In this document: positions 34,338 to 46,745 of the stretch, piece by piece
How the letters are laid out: each line of letters starts with the position of its first letter
Numbering within the stretch: the first letter of the stretch is position 1
Origin: Centroscyllium fabricii
Taxonomy: Eukaryota
Reading direction: 5' to 3'
Assembly: GCA_051313645.2 (NCBI GenBank)
Contig: JBNRSN020000023.1
Span: 23,684,001-23,748,000, forward strand
DNA: 64,000 nucleotides
Notes under the pieces: generated by a model
Told to the model about the DNA's origin: nothing
Databases searched by the model: none
What the model saw: only the letters and a program-made list of their open reading frames with translations
Translations under genes and position numbers: made by a program

Positions 34338-36482
34338 TGTAACGGTTGGGTGTTAGTGGAATGAAGGCGGGGCCCAAATGCAGAGACACTGAAACGTTTA
34401 TAAAACTAAACTCCTTATTACTAAAACACTATAGAATACCAAAAACATACAATAATATAGGACACATATAACACACAAGTCTTATCAACAGACTGGCACA
34501 GACTTCCCGACACAGCGAGCAATGAATAGAGGGGTGCCACGCAATCCAGCGCGCCATTCTCCCAAAGAATACCAGTCCAGGCATAACTGTCCAACCTAAA
34601 GAGAACCGAGCAAGTCCTCCTCAGCGAGCATGACATCTCAATCCACCCTCTATGTAGAGGATTTGGGAACAGCTTATGCTTCCAGATTACCAATGTCCAA
34701 ACCAGAGTTCGGATGAAGAAATGAATGTCCAAGTAGTAGAAATGGGTCCGACCTACTTCTTCTGCTCCGTCACAGAGACTTAACCCCATGGCAATCAGGC
34801 AGTAGCGCACCAGGTCTACTGGCAGGGGGACTCCCTTACCAAACAGATGAATGTCCATTGCTGAGTTCCCAATAGCAGGGCGCACTGTCAAGGCGGAGGG
34901 AAATGAGTTCCACCCCAATGCCCCTGTTGGGCAACCCAGCCTGAGCACCTGAAATAGCAAAGTACAAGTACAAGCTGAGTCAATCGATCTGCAACCTCCT
35001 TGCCTCTGACGGCCACTCAGCACAACAGCCGAAAACCACCTCCTTCCAGTGGCCTGTAGAATGAATAATGGATATCCAGTCCCAAGACGCATTACCATCA
35101 AATGATCCCGCATCTGCTCTCAGCCAACCTCCTGATTATATCCTAAACCCAGCAAGTACCCTATTGGGTGATAGCCAATAATCCTGAGGGGATGAGAGCA
35201 GAGCACAACTAGCACATACATAGATAATTGAACAGTTAATAACATAACAAGGGAACCTATTCCTTAAAACAGCTGTGGAGCCACAGTAAAAACTGTTTCT
35301 AATATTTAAAGGAACAGGCCCCCTGTGACAGGACCCCCCCTTAAGGGCCGACAGTGACGGCCCAAATACCCAATAAGCCGAAATAGGGTGGGCGGAGGGT
35401 ACAAAGAGGAGACAACAGTCTACAAAAAAATTTTTTAAGAGTAATTAAACGCTACAGTGTCTGCTGGGCCCCATTTGACGGGATCATTCTGTAACGGTTG
35501 GGTGTTAGTGGAATGAAGGCGGGGCCCAAATGCAGAGACACTGAAACGTTTATAAAACTAAACTCCTTATTACTAAAACACTATAGAATACCAAAAACAT
35601 ACAATAATATAGGACACATATAACACACAAGTCTTATCAACAGACTGGCACAGACTTCCCGACACAGCGAGCAATGAATAGAGGGGTGCCACGCAATCCA
35701 GCGCGCCATTCTCCCAAAGAATACCAGTCCAGGCATAACTGTCCAACCTAAAGAGAACCGAGCAAGTCCTCCTCAGCGAGCATGACATCTCAATCCACCC
35801 TCTATGTAGAGGATTTGGGAACAGCTTATGCTTCCAGATTACCAATGTCCAAACCAGAGTTCGGATGAAGAAATGAATGTCCAAGTAGTAGAAATGGGTC
35901 CGACCTACTTCTTCTGCTCCGTCACAGAGACTTAACCCCATGGCAATCAGGCAGTAGCGCACCAGGTCTACTGGCAGGGGGACTCCCTTACCAAACAGAT
36001 GAATGTCCATTGCTGAGTTCCCAATAGCAGGGCGCACTGTCAAGGCGGAGGGAAATGAGTTCCACCCCAATGCCCCTGTTGGGCAACCCAGCCTGAGCAC
36101 CTGAAATAGCAAAGTACAAGTACAAGCTGAGTCAATCGATCTGCAACCTCCTTGCCTCTGACGGCCACTCAGCACAACAGCCGAAAACCACCTCCTTCCA
36201 GTGGCCTGTAGAATGAATAATGGATATCCAGTCCCAAGATGCATTACCATCAAATGATCCTGCATCTGCTCTCAGCCAACCTCCTGATTATATCCTAAAC
36301 CCAGCAAGCACCCTATTGGGTGATAGCCAATAATCCTGAGGGGATGAGAGCAGAGCACAACTAGCACATACATAGATAATTGAACAGTTAATAACATAAC
36401 AAGGGAACCTATTCCTTAAAACAGCTGTGGAGCCACAGTAAAAACTGTTTCTAATATTTAAAGGAACAGGCCCCCTGTGACA
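34338..36482 (-). mobile_element. Non-autonomous LTR element: two 993-bp LTRs around a 159-bp interior (large TRIM-like)
   Basis: LTRs at 34338-35330 and 35490-36482 are near-identical (3 substitutions seen by eye). 6-bp TSD ggtatc at 34332-34337 and 36483-36488. PPT (minus AAGGGGGGG) at ~35334-35342; PBS at 35479-35488. Confidence 0.9.
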
Positions 36483-39400
36483 GGTATCGGTATTGGGTTT
36501 GGTGTTGAAATTGGGGTTGGTGGTGCCATTGGGGTTGGTGCTGGTATTGGGGTTGTTCTTGCTATTAGGGTTGGCGTTGGTATTGGGGCTGGTGTTGCTG
36601 TTGGGGTTGGTTTGAGGTGGGCTTTGGTATTGGGGTTGGTTTTGAGGTGGGGGTTGGTTTTGAGGTGGGGGATTGGTATTGGGGTTGGTGTTGGTATTTT
36701 GTTTGGTATTGATTTTGTTATTGGGGTTGGTGTTGGTGTTGAGGTCGGTTTTGATATTGGGGTTGGTATTGAGGTCGGTTTTGGTACGGTGTTGGGGTTG
36801 CTGTTGGTATTGGGGTTGCTGTTGGTATTGGGGTCGCTGTTGGTATTGGGGTCGCTGTTGGTATTGGGGTCGCTGTTGGTATTGGGGTCGCTGTTGGTAT
36901 TGGGGTCGCTGTTGGTATTGGGGTCGCTGTTGGTATTGGGGTCGCTGTTGGTATTGGGGTCGCTGTTGGTATTGGGTTGGTGTTGACATTGGGTTTGTTG
37001 GTATTGGGGTTGGTGTTGCTGTTGGGGTTGGTGTTGATATTGGGGTTGTTGGTGTTGGAGGGGCTGGTGTTGGTGTTTGTATTGGGGCTGTTAGTGGTAT
37101 CTGGGTTGGTTTTGATATTGGAGTTGCTGGTGATATTAGGGTTGGTATTGGGGTTGGTGTTAGTATATTTGGTGTTGGTTTTGTTATTGGAGTTATTATT
37201 GGGGTTGGTGTTGGTATTGAGGTCGGTTTTGGTACTGGCATTGGTGTAGGGATTGGTGTTTGTATTGGTGTTGGTATTGGGGCTGCTGTTGGTATTGGGT
37301 TTGGTGTTGGTATTGGTGTTGGTGTTGACATTGGGTTTGTTGTAATTGGGGTTGGTGTTGATATTGGGGTTGTTGCTGGTGGGGCTGGTGTTGGTGTTGG
37401 TGGTGGTATTTGGGTTGGTTTTGACATTGGGGTTGCTGGTGGTATTGGGGTTGGTGTTGAAATTGAGGTTGGGGTTGGTATTGGGTTTGGTGTTGGTATT
37501 TTGTTGGTTTTGTTATTGGGGTTGGTGTTGGTACTGGGGTTGGTGTTGGTATTGAGGTCGGTTTTGGTACTGGCATTGGTGTTGATCTCTGTGTTGGTAT
37601 TGGATTTCGTGTTTGTATTGAAGTTTGTGTTTGTATTGGGGTTGGGGTTTTATTAGTGTGGTTGGCATTGGGTTTGATGTTTGTGTTGGTATGGGGTTTG
37701 GTGTTGGCGTTGATGTTGGTATTGCGATTGGTGTTGGTACTGGGGTTGGTATTGGTATTGCGTTTGGTATTGGGGTTGGTGTTGACATTGGGGTTGGTGT
37801 TGGTATTTGGGTGGTTGTTTGGGGGTTGGTGTTTGGTTGGTTTTGGTATTGGGGCTTGTGTTTGGGTTGGGCTTGGGCTTGGCATTGGTATTGGGACTGG
37901 TGGAGGTATTTGTGTTCATGTTGACATTGGGGATGCTGGTGGTTTTGGGGTTGGTGTTGGTATTGTGTTTGATGCTGGTGTTGGTATTGGAGTTGTTGGG
38001 GCTGGTGTTGATATTGAGGTCGGTTTTGGTATGGGCATTGTTGTTGGGGTTGATATTGGTTTTCATGTTTGTATTGGGGTTGGGGGTTTACTGGTGTTGC
38101 TGTTGGTTCTGGGTTTAGTGTTTGTGTTGGTGTTGGTATTGGGGATGGTGTTGGATTTGGGCTTTGTGTTGGTATTGGTCTGGTGTTCATATTGGATTTG
38201 GTGTTATTGAGGCTGCTGTTGGTATTGGGGTTGTTGCTATTGGGCTTGGTGTTGACATTGGGGTTGCTGGTGTTATTGGGGTTGGTGTTGACATTGACAT
38301 TGGGGTTGGTGTTAGTATTAAGGTTGTTGGGGTTTGTGTTGATATTGATGGTTTTGGTACTGGCATTGGTGTTGGGGTTGATGTCAGTGTTGATCTTGGA
38401 TTTCGCGTTTGTATTGAGGTTGGTGTTTGCATTGGGGTTGGGGTTTTTATTGGTGTTGGTATTGGGTTTGATGTTGGGGTTGATGTTGTTATTGGGGTTG
38501 GTGTAGGTATTGGGGTTGGTGTTGGTATTGGAGCTGGTATTGGGTTTGGGGTTGATTTTGGTATTGGGGTTGGGGTTGGTATTGGGTTGATGGTATTGGG
38601 CTTTGCATAGGTATTGGGTCTGTTGATATTCAGATGTTGTTGCTATTGGGGTTGGTGTTGATATTGGGGTTGTTGGTGGGGCTGGTGTTGGTGTTTGTAT
38701 TGGGGCTGGTGGTGGTATTTGGGTTGGGTTTGGTGTTGGTATTGGGGTTGGTGTTGATTTTGGGGTTGGTGTTGGTTTTGTTATTGGGATTGGTGTTGGT
38801 ATTGGGGTTGTTATTGAGGTCTGTTTTGGTACTGGCGTTGGTGTTGGGGTTGATGCCGGTGTTGGTACTGGATTTCGTGTTTGTATTGAGGTTTGTATTG
38901 GGGTTGGGGTTTTATTGGTGTTGGCATTGGGTTTGATGTGTGTTGGTATGGGGTTTAGTGTTGGCATTGATGTTGGTGTAGGTATTGGGGTTAGTTTTGG
39001 TATTGTGGCTGGTGTTGATAATGGGGTTTGTGTTGACATTGGCGTTGGGGTTGGTGTTGGGGTTGGGCTTGGTATTGGGACTGGTGGAAGTATTTGTGTT
39101 CATGTTCACGGTGTTGGTATTGGGTTGGTGTTGACATGGGAATTGGTATTGGGGTTGGTATTGTTGGGGTTGGTGTTGATATTGGGGTTGGTGGTACAGG
39201 CATTCATGTTGGGGTTGATATTGGTGTTGGTATTGGATTTTGTGTTTTGCATTGAGGTTGGGGGTGTGTTGGGGTTTTTACTGGTATTGGGGATGGTGTT
39301 GGATTTGGGCTTGGTGTTCATATTGGAGTTGGTGTTATTGAGGCTGCTGTTCGTGTTGGGGTTGGGGTTAGTATTGGAGTTGGTGGCGGTGGTAGGGCTG

Positions 39401-40396
39401 GTGGTGGTATTTGTGTTGACATTGGGGTTGCTGGTGACATTGGGGTTGGGGTTGGGGTTGGGGTTGGTGGTATTGTGTTTGTTGTTGGTGTTGGTATTGG
39501 GGTTGGTGTTGATATTGATGTTGGTGTTGATATTGACATCTGTTTTGGTACTGGCATTGGGTTGATGGCAGTGTTGGTCTTGGATTTCGTGTTTGTATTG
39601 GGTTGGGGTTTTTATTGGTGTTGGTGTTAGTATTGGGTTTGATGTTGGTATTGGTATGGGTGTAGGTATTGGGGTTGGTATTGGAGTTAGTGGTGACATT
39701 GGGGTTGGGGTTGGTATTTGGGTTGTTGGTTTGGGGGTTGGTTTTGGTATTGGGGCTGGTGTTGGGGTTGGGTTGGGATTGGTGTTGGAATTGGGGCTGG
39801 TATTAGGTTTGGAGTTGATTTTGGTATTGGGGCTGGTGTTGGTGTTGGGTTGGTGTTGGTATTTGGTTTTGTGTAGGTATTGGGGCAGTTGATATTCAGA
39901 TGTTGTTGCTATTGGGGTTGGTGTTGATATTAGGGTTGCTGTTGGTATTAGGGCTGGTGTTGGTATTGGGGCTGGTTTTGCAGGTTTGGGTTGGTGATGA
40001 TATTGGGTTTATGCTGGTATTGGGGTTGGTTTTGGAATGGAGGTTGGTGTTTGTATTGGGTGTGTTGGTATTGGGGTTGTTTTTGGTATTGGGGTTGGTA
40101 TTGCGGTTGGTGTTGATACGGAGTTTTGTGTTTTTATTGGGGTTCGCATTGGGATTGAGATTGATGTTGGTTTTGGGGTTATTGCAATTGGTGCTGGTAT
40201 TGGCTTTGGTGCTGTTATTGGGGTTGGTGTTGGATTTGGTGTTGGTATTGGGGTTCGTGTTTGTATTGGGGTTGTTGTTGGTTTTTGAGTTGGTGTTGAA
40301 ATTGTGCTTTGGGTTGGTGTTGCTTTTGGGGTTGGCATTGGGGTGGATGTTGATGTTGGTATCGGGGTTTGTGCTTTTATTGGGGTTGTTGTTGGT
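36483..40396. repeat. G/T-rich hexamer satellite
   Basis: Same periodicity; includes about 8-9 tandem copies of ttggtattggggtcgctg at ~36820-36970. Confidence 0.93.
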
Positions 40397-40760
40397 CATA
40401 GAGTCATATGGTGAAAAATTGGGTCATGCACGTTTTCGGGCGGTAAAGTGGGCGCAGCACTAAAATTAGCGCCGGGCGCAAAGCTGCACCCAGTTCCACA
40501 ATATTCAGTTTAGCACCCTGGTAGGTGATTGCAGTGCTAAGTCAAGCATTGCACGGCACTCTTAGGGTGCAAACAGCGAAAACTCAGGCACTAGCAGCGA
40601 GCGCGGGCACAGAGCTTCATCTATCAGTCAGCGGCTGGCCAGACATGCTGACGCCGTCCAGCTCTTAAAGGGGGAGGGTCTTCCTCCTATTCCAGGCACA
40701 CCCTGCTCATTTCCTGTCTGACTGCTGCTGTGGCCACATCTGAGCCCCAACTATGCAAAA

Positions 40761-42611
40761 ATGGAGAGGCGCCCCAGAGAGAGAGCTGAGAGATTTAGCG
40801 ACACGGCATTGAAGATGCTGCTCACTGCAGTGGAGGCTCACAGAGCCGTTTTTGTTTTCACAAAGTGGCAGGAAACCTGTGTTACAGGAGTGCAGGCAAC
40901 TGGAGGGAGGTGGCTCGCTATGTTAGCAGTCACAGCATGGTGCCCAGGACCATGTTTCAGTGCAGAAAAAAATTCAACGACCTGACTAGGGGTGTCAGGG
41001 TGAGTGTCTTTCTGTATATCTCTCCATCTCAACCTAACTGTATGGCCAGAGGGTTCTAAACCCCCAATATAGAACCCTCAGCCAGAACCTAATGCCCCTC
41101 AGGTTCAGGGTCTTTGCACGGCCTTCTGCTCCAGGGTTTTGCATAGGCTTTTGCTGAAACACAGTTTGCATGTAGTAAGGGCAATTCAGCCTGTTGCTCC
41201 AGAGCTTTGCATAGGCTTTTGCTGAAACACAGTTTGCATGCAGTAAGGGCTATTCAGCCATGGCAGGCACTTCAGATGAAATAGTTGCTGTCTTGTAACT
41301 CCGATTCTGTCCCTTTCCTTGCAGGCGAAACTGGCTCACAATCACGGAGCAGGACCGCACGGGTGGTGGTCCACCTGATCTAGTGGAGCAGAGTCCCCTG
41401 GAGCTGCGCGTGCAGTAGATTATGGGCAACTGCCTCAGTGCTCCTGTCGCCACAGGAGATGCCGACCCCGTTGTGGGCAGCAGTGGTGAGTTCATGACCT
41501 TCCTCTCCTCTCTCCTTCCACTTGGTCCTCACAACAGCAGCCTTTGGCACTTTCCATCCAAAGAAGTCGGTGCCTACACTCATTGCTCCCTTGCCACCAC
41601 CTTGTCCTCATGCGAAACCCACTCTTGTACCTCTGTCGTTTCAGATGGTGAATCATCAGCTGAGGAGGCGGCCCCTCAACCTTCGCGGGAGACGGAGTCT
41701 GAAGGGCAGGAGGAGGAAGAGGAAGCAGCAGCAGGACGCCCACCGTCTACCGAGGAAGGCCATGGTGACAGGGGGAGCCCGCCTTCCATGCAGGGGACTG
41801 AGGTGTGGTGGTGGGATCTGCGGGGTGCAAGTGGGGGGGGGGGGGAGGGCAGCTCCAAAGCGTGTTGCCCAGAGGGAGAGTGGGTCATCGACCCCTGATG
41901 GCCTGACTGCAGAGGACGAACGGGTCCTCTCTCAAATGAGACCCAAGGCGGGGTAGTGGCACAATGAGCTCATGCATGCAGTAGGGAGGTTGCCTGAAGC
42001 CACGCAGGAAATGGCGCGAAGTGTCGAGCACTTTGCAGCAGCGCAGGTGGAAGCCGCGCAGATGCTCACTGCTGCAGTGCAGTCAGTGGGTGCTGCGGTG
42101 CAGCCACTTGTTGCTGCATTCCAGTCAGTGGGTGCTGCGGTGCAGCGGCTTACTGGCACCATGCGTCAACTGACTGGTGCCGTCCTGTCTTCGGGCACCA
42201 TTACCCTGGGCTTTGAACGTGCCACAGCAATCTGTGCTCCAGCAGATTGCTGGGGAAGATGAGGCGCGGGCCCCTGGGAGTGAGACTGGATTGGTGGAAC
42301 AGGGAGGTGCTAGCCTCTCTCACCAGGGCAGCATTGCTGCTGCCAGCAGTGCCTCTTCTCCACTGCTGTTGGACCCGCCCGTACACCAGACTGCTGCCGC
42401 TCATGCAGAGGTGGAGCAGTCTGAAACTGGGCCCTCCAAGCCCAGAGCTGGTCGAGACCGACCTTCGAAAGGTGTGGCAGTGTCAAGTTCGGACACTCCG
42501 CAGCCGTCCACCAGGGTTGCTGCAGCCACTGGGGTGACATTAAGGAGGAGCATTAAGGTGGGGAGTGGGGAGGGGGGAACGGCGGAAGGGCAGGAGCTCC
42601 CCGGAGGCTAA
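40761..42611 (+). pseudogene. Harbinger Myb/SANT-like (trihelix) DNA-binding protein, spliced and frameshifted
   Basis: RERAERFSDTALKMLL..WREVARYV..RTMFQCRKKFNDL; donor gtgagt at 41000; acceptor ttgcag ending 41324 followed by AKLAHN..RTGGGP; donor at 41486; acceptor at 41644; acidic and helical C-terminal exon. Confidence 0.78.
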
Positions 42612-42884
42612 GCAGTAGCCACTTTACATCACAAAGACAAGTGACATGTGTTTTGAAAGGCCGAGGTTCGTGGCCAGTTATATTTTACCATAGTTTTGGG
42701 GGATTGTTGTTGGCTTTGATAGCCAGTTATGTTTACCATTTTTTTTTGGGGGGGGGCGGTTGTTGTTGGGGCGGTTTTTGTACAATAAACAGTTCTTTTA
42801 ATGAAAATTTTCATGGTTCCTGCTTGCCATCATTGATGCCTTGAGCGGCTTAATGGTAGCGGGTTGGTCTAAGTCAGGTCATTC

Positions 42885-43972
42885 TTAAGGGCAGACCTCT
42901 TCACCAGCAGGGTCCAAGAAGTGGCTGTCTATGAGCCTCTGACGTAGAGCCCTTCCACTTTCCGCATGCTTCCTGTGTTGGGGCTGCTGCTGATGCTCCT
43001 CATCTTCGTCCTCCTCCTCCTCCGGCACTGCAACAATGTCTGGCAGCACTGGCTGGGTCCTCAGGAATGCCCGGTTATGCAGCATGCAGCAGACAATGAC
43101 GAAGCGGGACACACTGGCAGGCGCATACTGGAGGGCTCCTCCAGAATGGCCCAGACAGCGGAAGCGTTGTTTGAGCACGCCAATTGTCTGCTCAATGAGG
43201 TTCCTAGTCACCTGATGGCTGTCGTTGTATCGAAGCTCAGCAGGGGTTTGGGGAGCAGGGAGCAGGGTCATCAGCCACGGGGTCAGTGCATATCCTTTTT
43301 CCCCTAGAAGCCATCCAGCTGAGTGATTCGGTGCCTTGAAGAGGTCTGCCACAGTAGTCTGGTGCAGTATGAAGGCATTGTGGGTGCTGCCTGGATAGTG
43401 CGCATTCACAGCGAGGATCCACTGTTGGTGCTCACACACCAGCTGTAAGTTTAGAGAATGGAAGCCTTTCTGTTGCGGTATTCCTCAGCATTGCGATACG
43501 GCACCCGCAAAGCCACATGCGTGCAGTCAATGGCGTCCTACACCATGGGGAAGCCCTGCACATTGGCAAACCCCACATGGCATTCCTGCTGCTTGTCCAG
43601 GGCCATGGGGAATGATATATACTGTCGCCTCCTTCTGTATAGGGCTTCTGTGACCTGATGGATGGTGCAATGCACCACAAACTGCGAGATATTAGTTATG
43701 TCCCCAGTACCTGCTTGAAATGAGCTGGTGGCATAAAAGTTGAGAGCACAGTAACCTTCACTGCCATCGACAAGAGAAGTCCTGGTCCTCTGTTGAGGCT
43801 GCAGGTCTGGCTGAAGAAGCTGGCAGAGCTCCGTCACCACCTCCTTACTGAACCACAGCCTGCGCAGACACTGCTCCTCCGACATTCTCCGGTATGAGTA
43901 CTGCTGTCCGAAAACCCTGCCACGGTAAGGTCTCCTGTGCACACGACTGTCTGCCCTCCTGCACCTGGTCAT
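42885..43972 (-). pseudogene. Harbinger DDE transposase (HARBI1-like family), inactivated
   Basis: ALNFYATSSFQ..GD..ISQ; GFPMV*DAIDCTHV; YPGSTHNAFIL; WLLGEKGY; RNLIEQTIGVLKQRFRCL; VCCMLHN. Contains a stop and frameshifts. Confidence 0.88.
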
Positions 43973-44508
43973 GACTGGTGCTCACTGTCGGCGTCTGTCA
44001 GTGTCTCTGTAGGCGTCTCTCTGCCCTGCCAATGTAATGCAGCAGGCCACCACCCCACATCCAGTGCAGTTCCTATAGTGTCAATGGAAGCAAAGCACAG
44101 AAGGCCAAAAACTCAGAGTACCTACAAACCTATGACTAGAGTGCCAAGTATGTCAGAAAGCAGTGAGTCAAACAACAAACACTCTTTCCTCTCTCCAAAA
44201 TCTCTCTCTCTCTCCCTCTCTCTCCAAATGCTGGCAAAATAGCTGCCACAAGGAAGTGTGCCCCTTTAAATAACACCCCAGTGGATCCACAGCACGGCAG
44301 ATGCCTTCCAGGAACCTGTCGCGGGCAGCGCTGGGCGTTGGGGAGGCGGATGCCACTCAATTTCTAGTCCAGCCCTCAGTAAGGGCGTTGCTCAATGGAA
44401 TGACATCAGAATCAGTGTGCGCCGAGCAGCGGGCACTAAGGGTTAGCGCCGCCGGCGCACGCCTGGCGAATTTTGCGCCGGGCGCTAAATACTTTTTCAG
44501 CTCCATTA

Positions 44509-44579
44509 TTAGTTAATAAAAGCCTGTAGTTTAGGTAACTACTCGTCTTTGTGTATTAATTGACGATACGTCACCCACA
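44509..44579 (+). mobile_element. Orphan 3' end of an LTR (AATAAA..CA)
   Basis: aataaaagcc..tttgtgt..cacccaca lies between the Harbinger right end and the resumed CR1 tail; no matching 5' part is visible. Confidence 0.4.
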
Positions 44580-46745
44580 AAGTTATACACCACAGAAAGA
44601 GTCCCTTCGGCCCATTGTGTCCGCGCCGGCCATCAAGACGTCTATTCTAATCCCATTTCCAGCACTTGGTCTATAGCCTTGCATGTTCTGGCATTTCAAG
44701 TGCTCATCTAAATGCTTCTTGAATGTTGTGAGGGTTCCTGCCTCGACCACCCTTTCAGGCAGTGAGTTCCAGATTCCAACCACCCTCTGGGTGAAAAAGT
44801 TCTTCCTCAAATCCCCTCTAAACCTCCCGCCCCTTACCTTGAAGCTATGCCCCCTGGTTATTGACCCCTCTACTGAGGGAAAAAGTTCCTTTCTATCTAC
44901 CCTATCTATGCCTTCATAATTTTGTACACCTCAATCAGGTTCCCCCTCAGCCTTCTCTGCTCCAAGGAAAACAACCCCAGCCTGCCCAGTCTTTCTTCAT
45001 AGCTGACGCACTCCAGCCCAGGTAACATCCTGGTGAATCTCCTCTGCACCCTCTCCAAAGTGATCACATCCCTCCTATAGTGTGGCGACCAGAACTGCAC
45101 ACAGTACTCCAGCTGTGGCCTAATTAGCGATTTGTACAGCTCCATCATAACCTCCCTGCTTTTATATTCTATGCCTCGGCTAATGAAGGCAAGTATCCCA
45201 TATGCCTTTTTAACCACCTTATCTACCTGTCCTGCTGCCTTCAGGGATCTATGTACATGCACACCAAGGTCCCTCTGATCCTCTGTCCTTCCTAGGGTCT
45301 TACCATTCATTGTGTATTCCCTTGCCTTGTTAGTCCTCCCAAAATGCATCACCTCAAAATTTTTCAGGTTAAATTCCATTTGCCACTGCTCCGCCCATCT
45401 GATCAACCCGTCTATATTGCCCTGCACACTGAGGCTTCCCTCCTCACTATTTACCACCCCATCAGCTTGTGTGTCATCTGCGAACTTACTGATCATACCT
45501 TTTACATTCATATCTAGATCATTAATGTAGACTACAAACAGCAAGGGACCCAGCACCAATCCCTGTGGTACACCACTGGACACCGGCTTCCAGTCACAAA
45601 AACAAACTTCGACCATCACCCTCTGCCTTCTGCCACTAAGCCAGTTTTGGATCCAATGTGCTGAGGTGCCCTGGATCCCATGGGCTCTTACCTTCTTGAC
45701 TAGTCTCCTATGCAGGACTTTATCAAAAGCCTTACTGAAGTCCATGTATACCACATCCACTGCACTACCCTCATCCACACACCTAGTCACCCCCTCGAAA
45801 CATTCAATCACATTGGTCAGACATGATCTCCCCTTGACAAAGCCATGCTGGCTATCCTTGATCAATCCTTGATCAATCCTTGCTTCTCCAAGTGGAGACT
45901 AATTCTGTCCCTCAGAATGTTTTCCAATATTTTCCCTACCACTGATGTTAGGCTCACTGGCCTGTAATTCCCTGGTTTATCCCTACTACCCTTCTTGAAT
46001 AATGGTGCTATGTTAGCTGTTCTTGAGTCCTCTGGCACATCCCCTGTGGCCAGAGAGGTTCTGAAAATTTGTGGCACAGCCCCTGCAACCTCCTCCTTTG
46101 CCTCACACAGCAGCCTGGGATACATCTCATCTGGGCCAGGTGATTTATCCACTTTTAAGCCTGCTAAAACCGCTATTACCACCTCCCTCTCAATACGAAT
46201 TTGTTCAAGTATATCACAGTCCCCCTGCCTGATTTCTGTGTCTACATCTTCCTTTTTCATAGTGAACACAGATGCAAAATATTCATTTAAAACCCTACCT
46301 ACATCTTCTAGCTCTACACAGATTGCCACTTTGGTCCCTAATGGGCCCTACTCTTTCCCTGGTTATCCTCTTGTCCTTAATATCCTTATAAAACACCTTC
46401 GGATGTTCCTTTATTTTGCTCGCCAGTGTTATTTCATACCCCCTCCTCGCTCTCCTAATTTCTTTTTTAAGTATCCCCCTGCACTTTTTATACTCCTCCA
46501 GGGCTTCCTCTGTCTTTAGTCCTTTGTATCTGCCAAAAGCCTCCCTTTTTTTCCTAATCCATTCTCGTATATCCCTTGACATCCAGGGTTCCCTAGGCTT
46601 GTTGGTCCCACCCTTGACCTTTTACGGGAACATGTTGCCATTGTACTCTCATTTCCTTTCTGATAAACTCCCACTGCCCTGATGTGGATTTTCCTACAAG
46701 TAGCTGATCTCAGTCCACTTTGGCCAGATCCTGCCTTATCATATT

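Larger units (their letters stand above)
40409..44505. mobile_element. PIF/Harbinger DNA transposon (convergent Myb/SANT gene and transposase), degenerate
   Basis: Two convergent genes; subterminal inverted repeats ttagcgccgggcgcaaa (~40466) and tttgcgccgggcgctaa (~44472); imperfect termini; TTA at 44506-44508. Confidence 0.85.

Noticed and set aside
34421-36265. Duplicated 230-aa ORFs as a gene pair
   Set aside because: They lie wholly within the twin LTRs, show no recognisable domain, and only short patches are echoed in the related solo LTRs.
36820-36970. CRISPR-like array
   Set aside because: Head-to-tail 18-mers without unique spacers, no cas genes, eukaryotic context.
42885-43972. Host HARBI1 gene
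   Set aside because: It has a stop, frameshifts and substituted acidic residues, and sits in a transposon context with a Myb partner.
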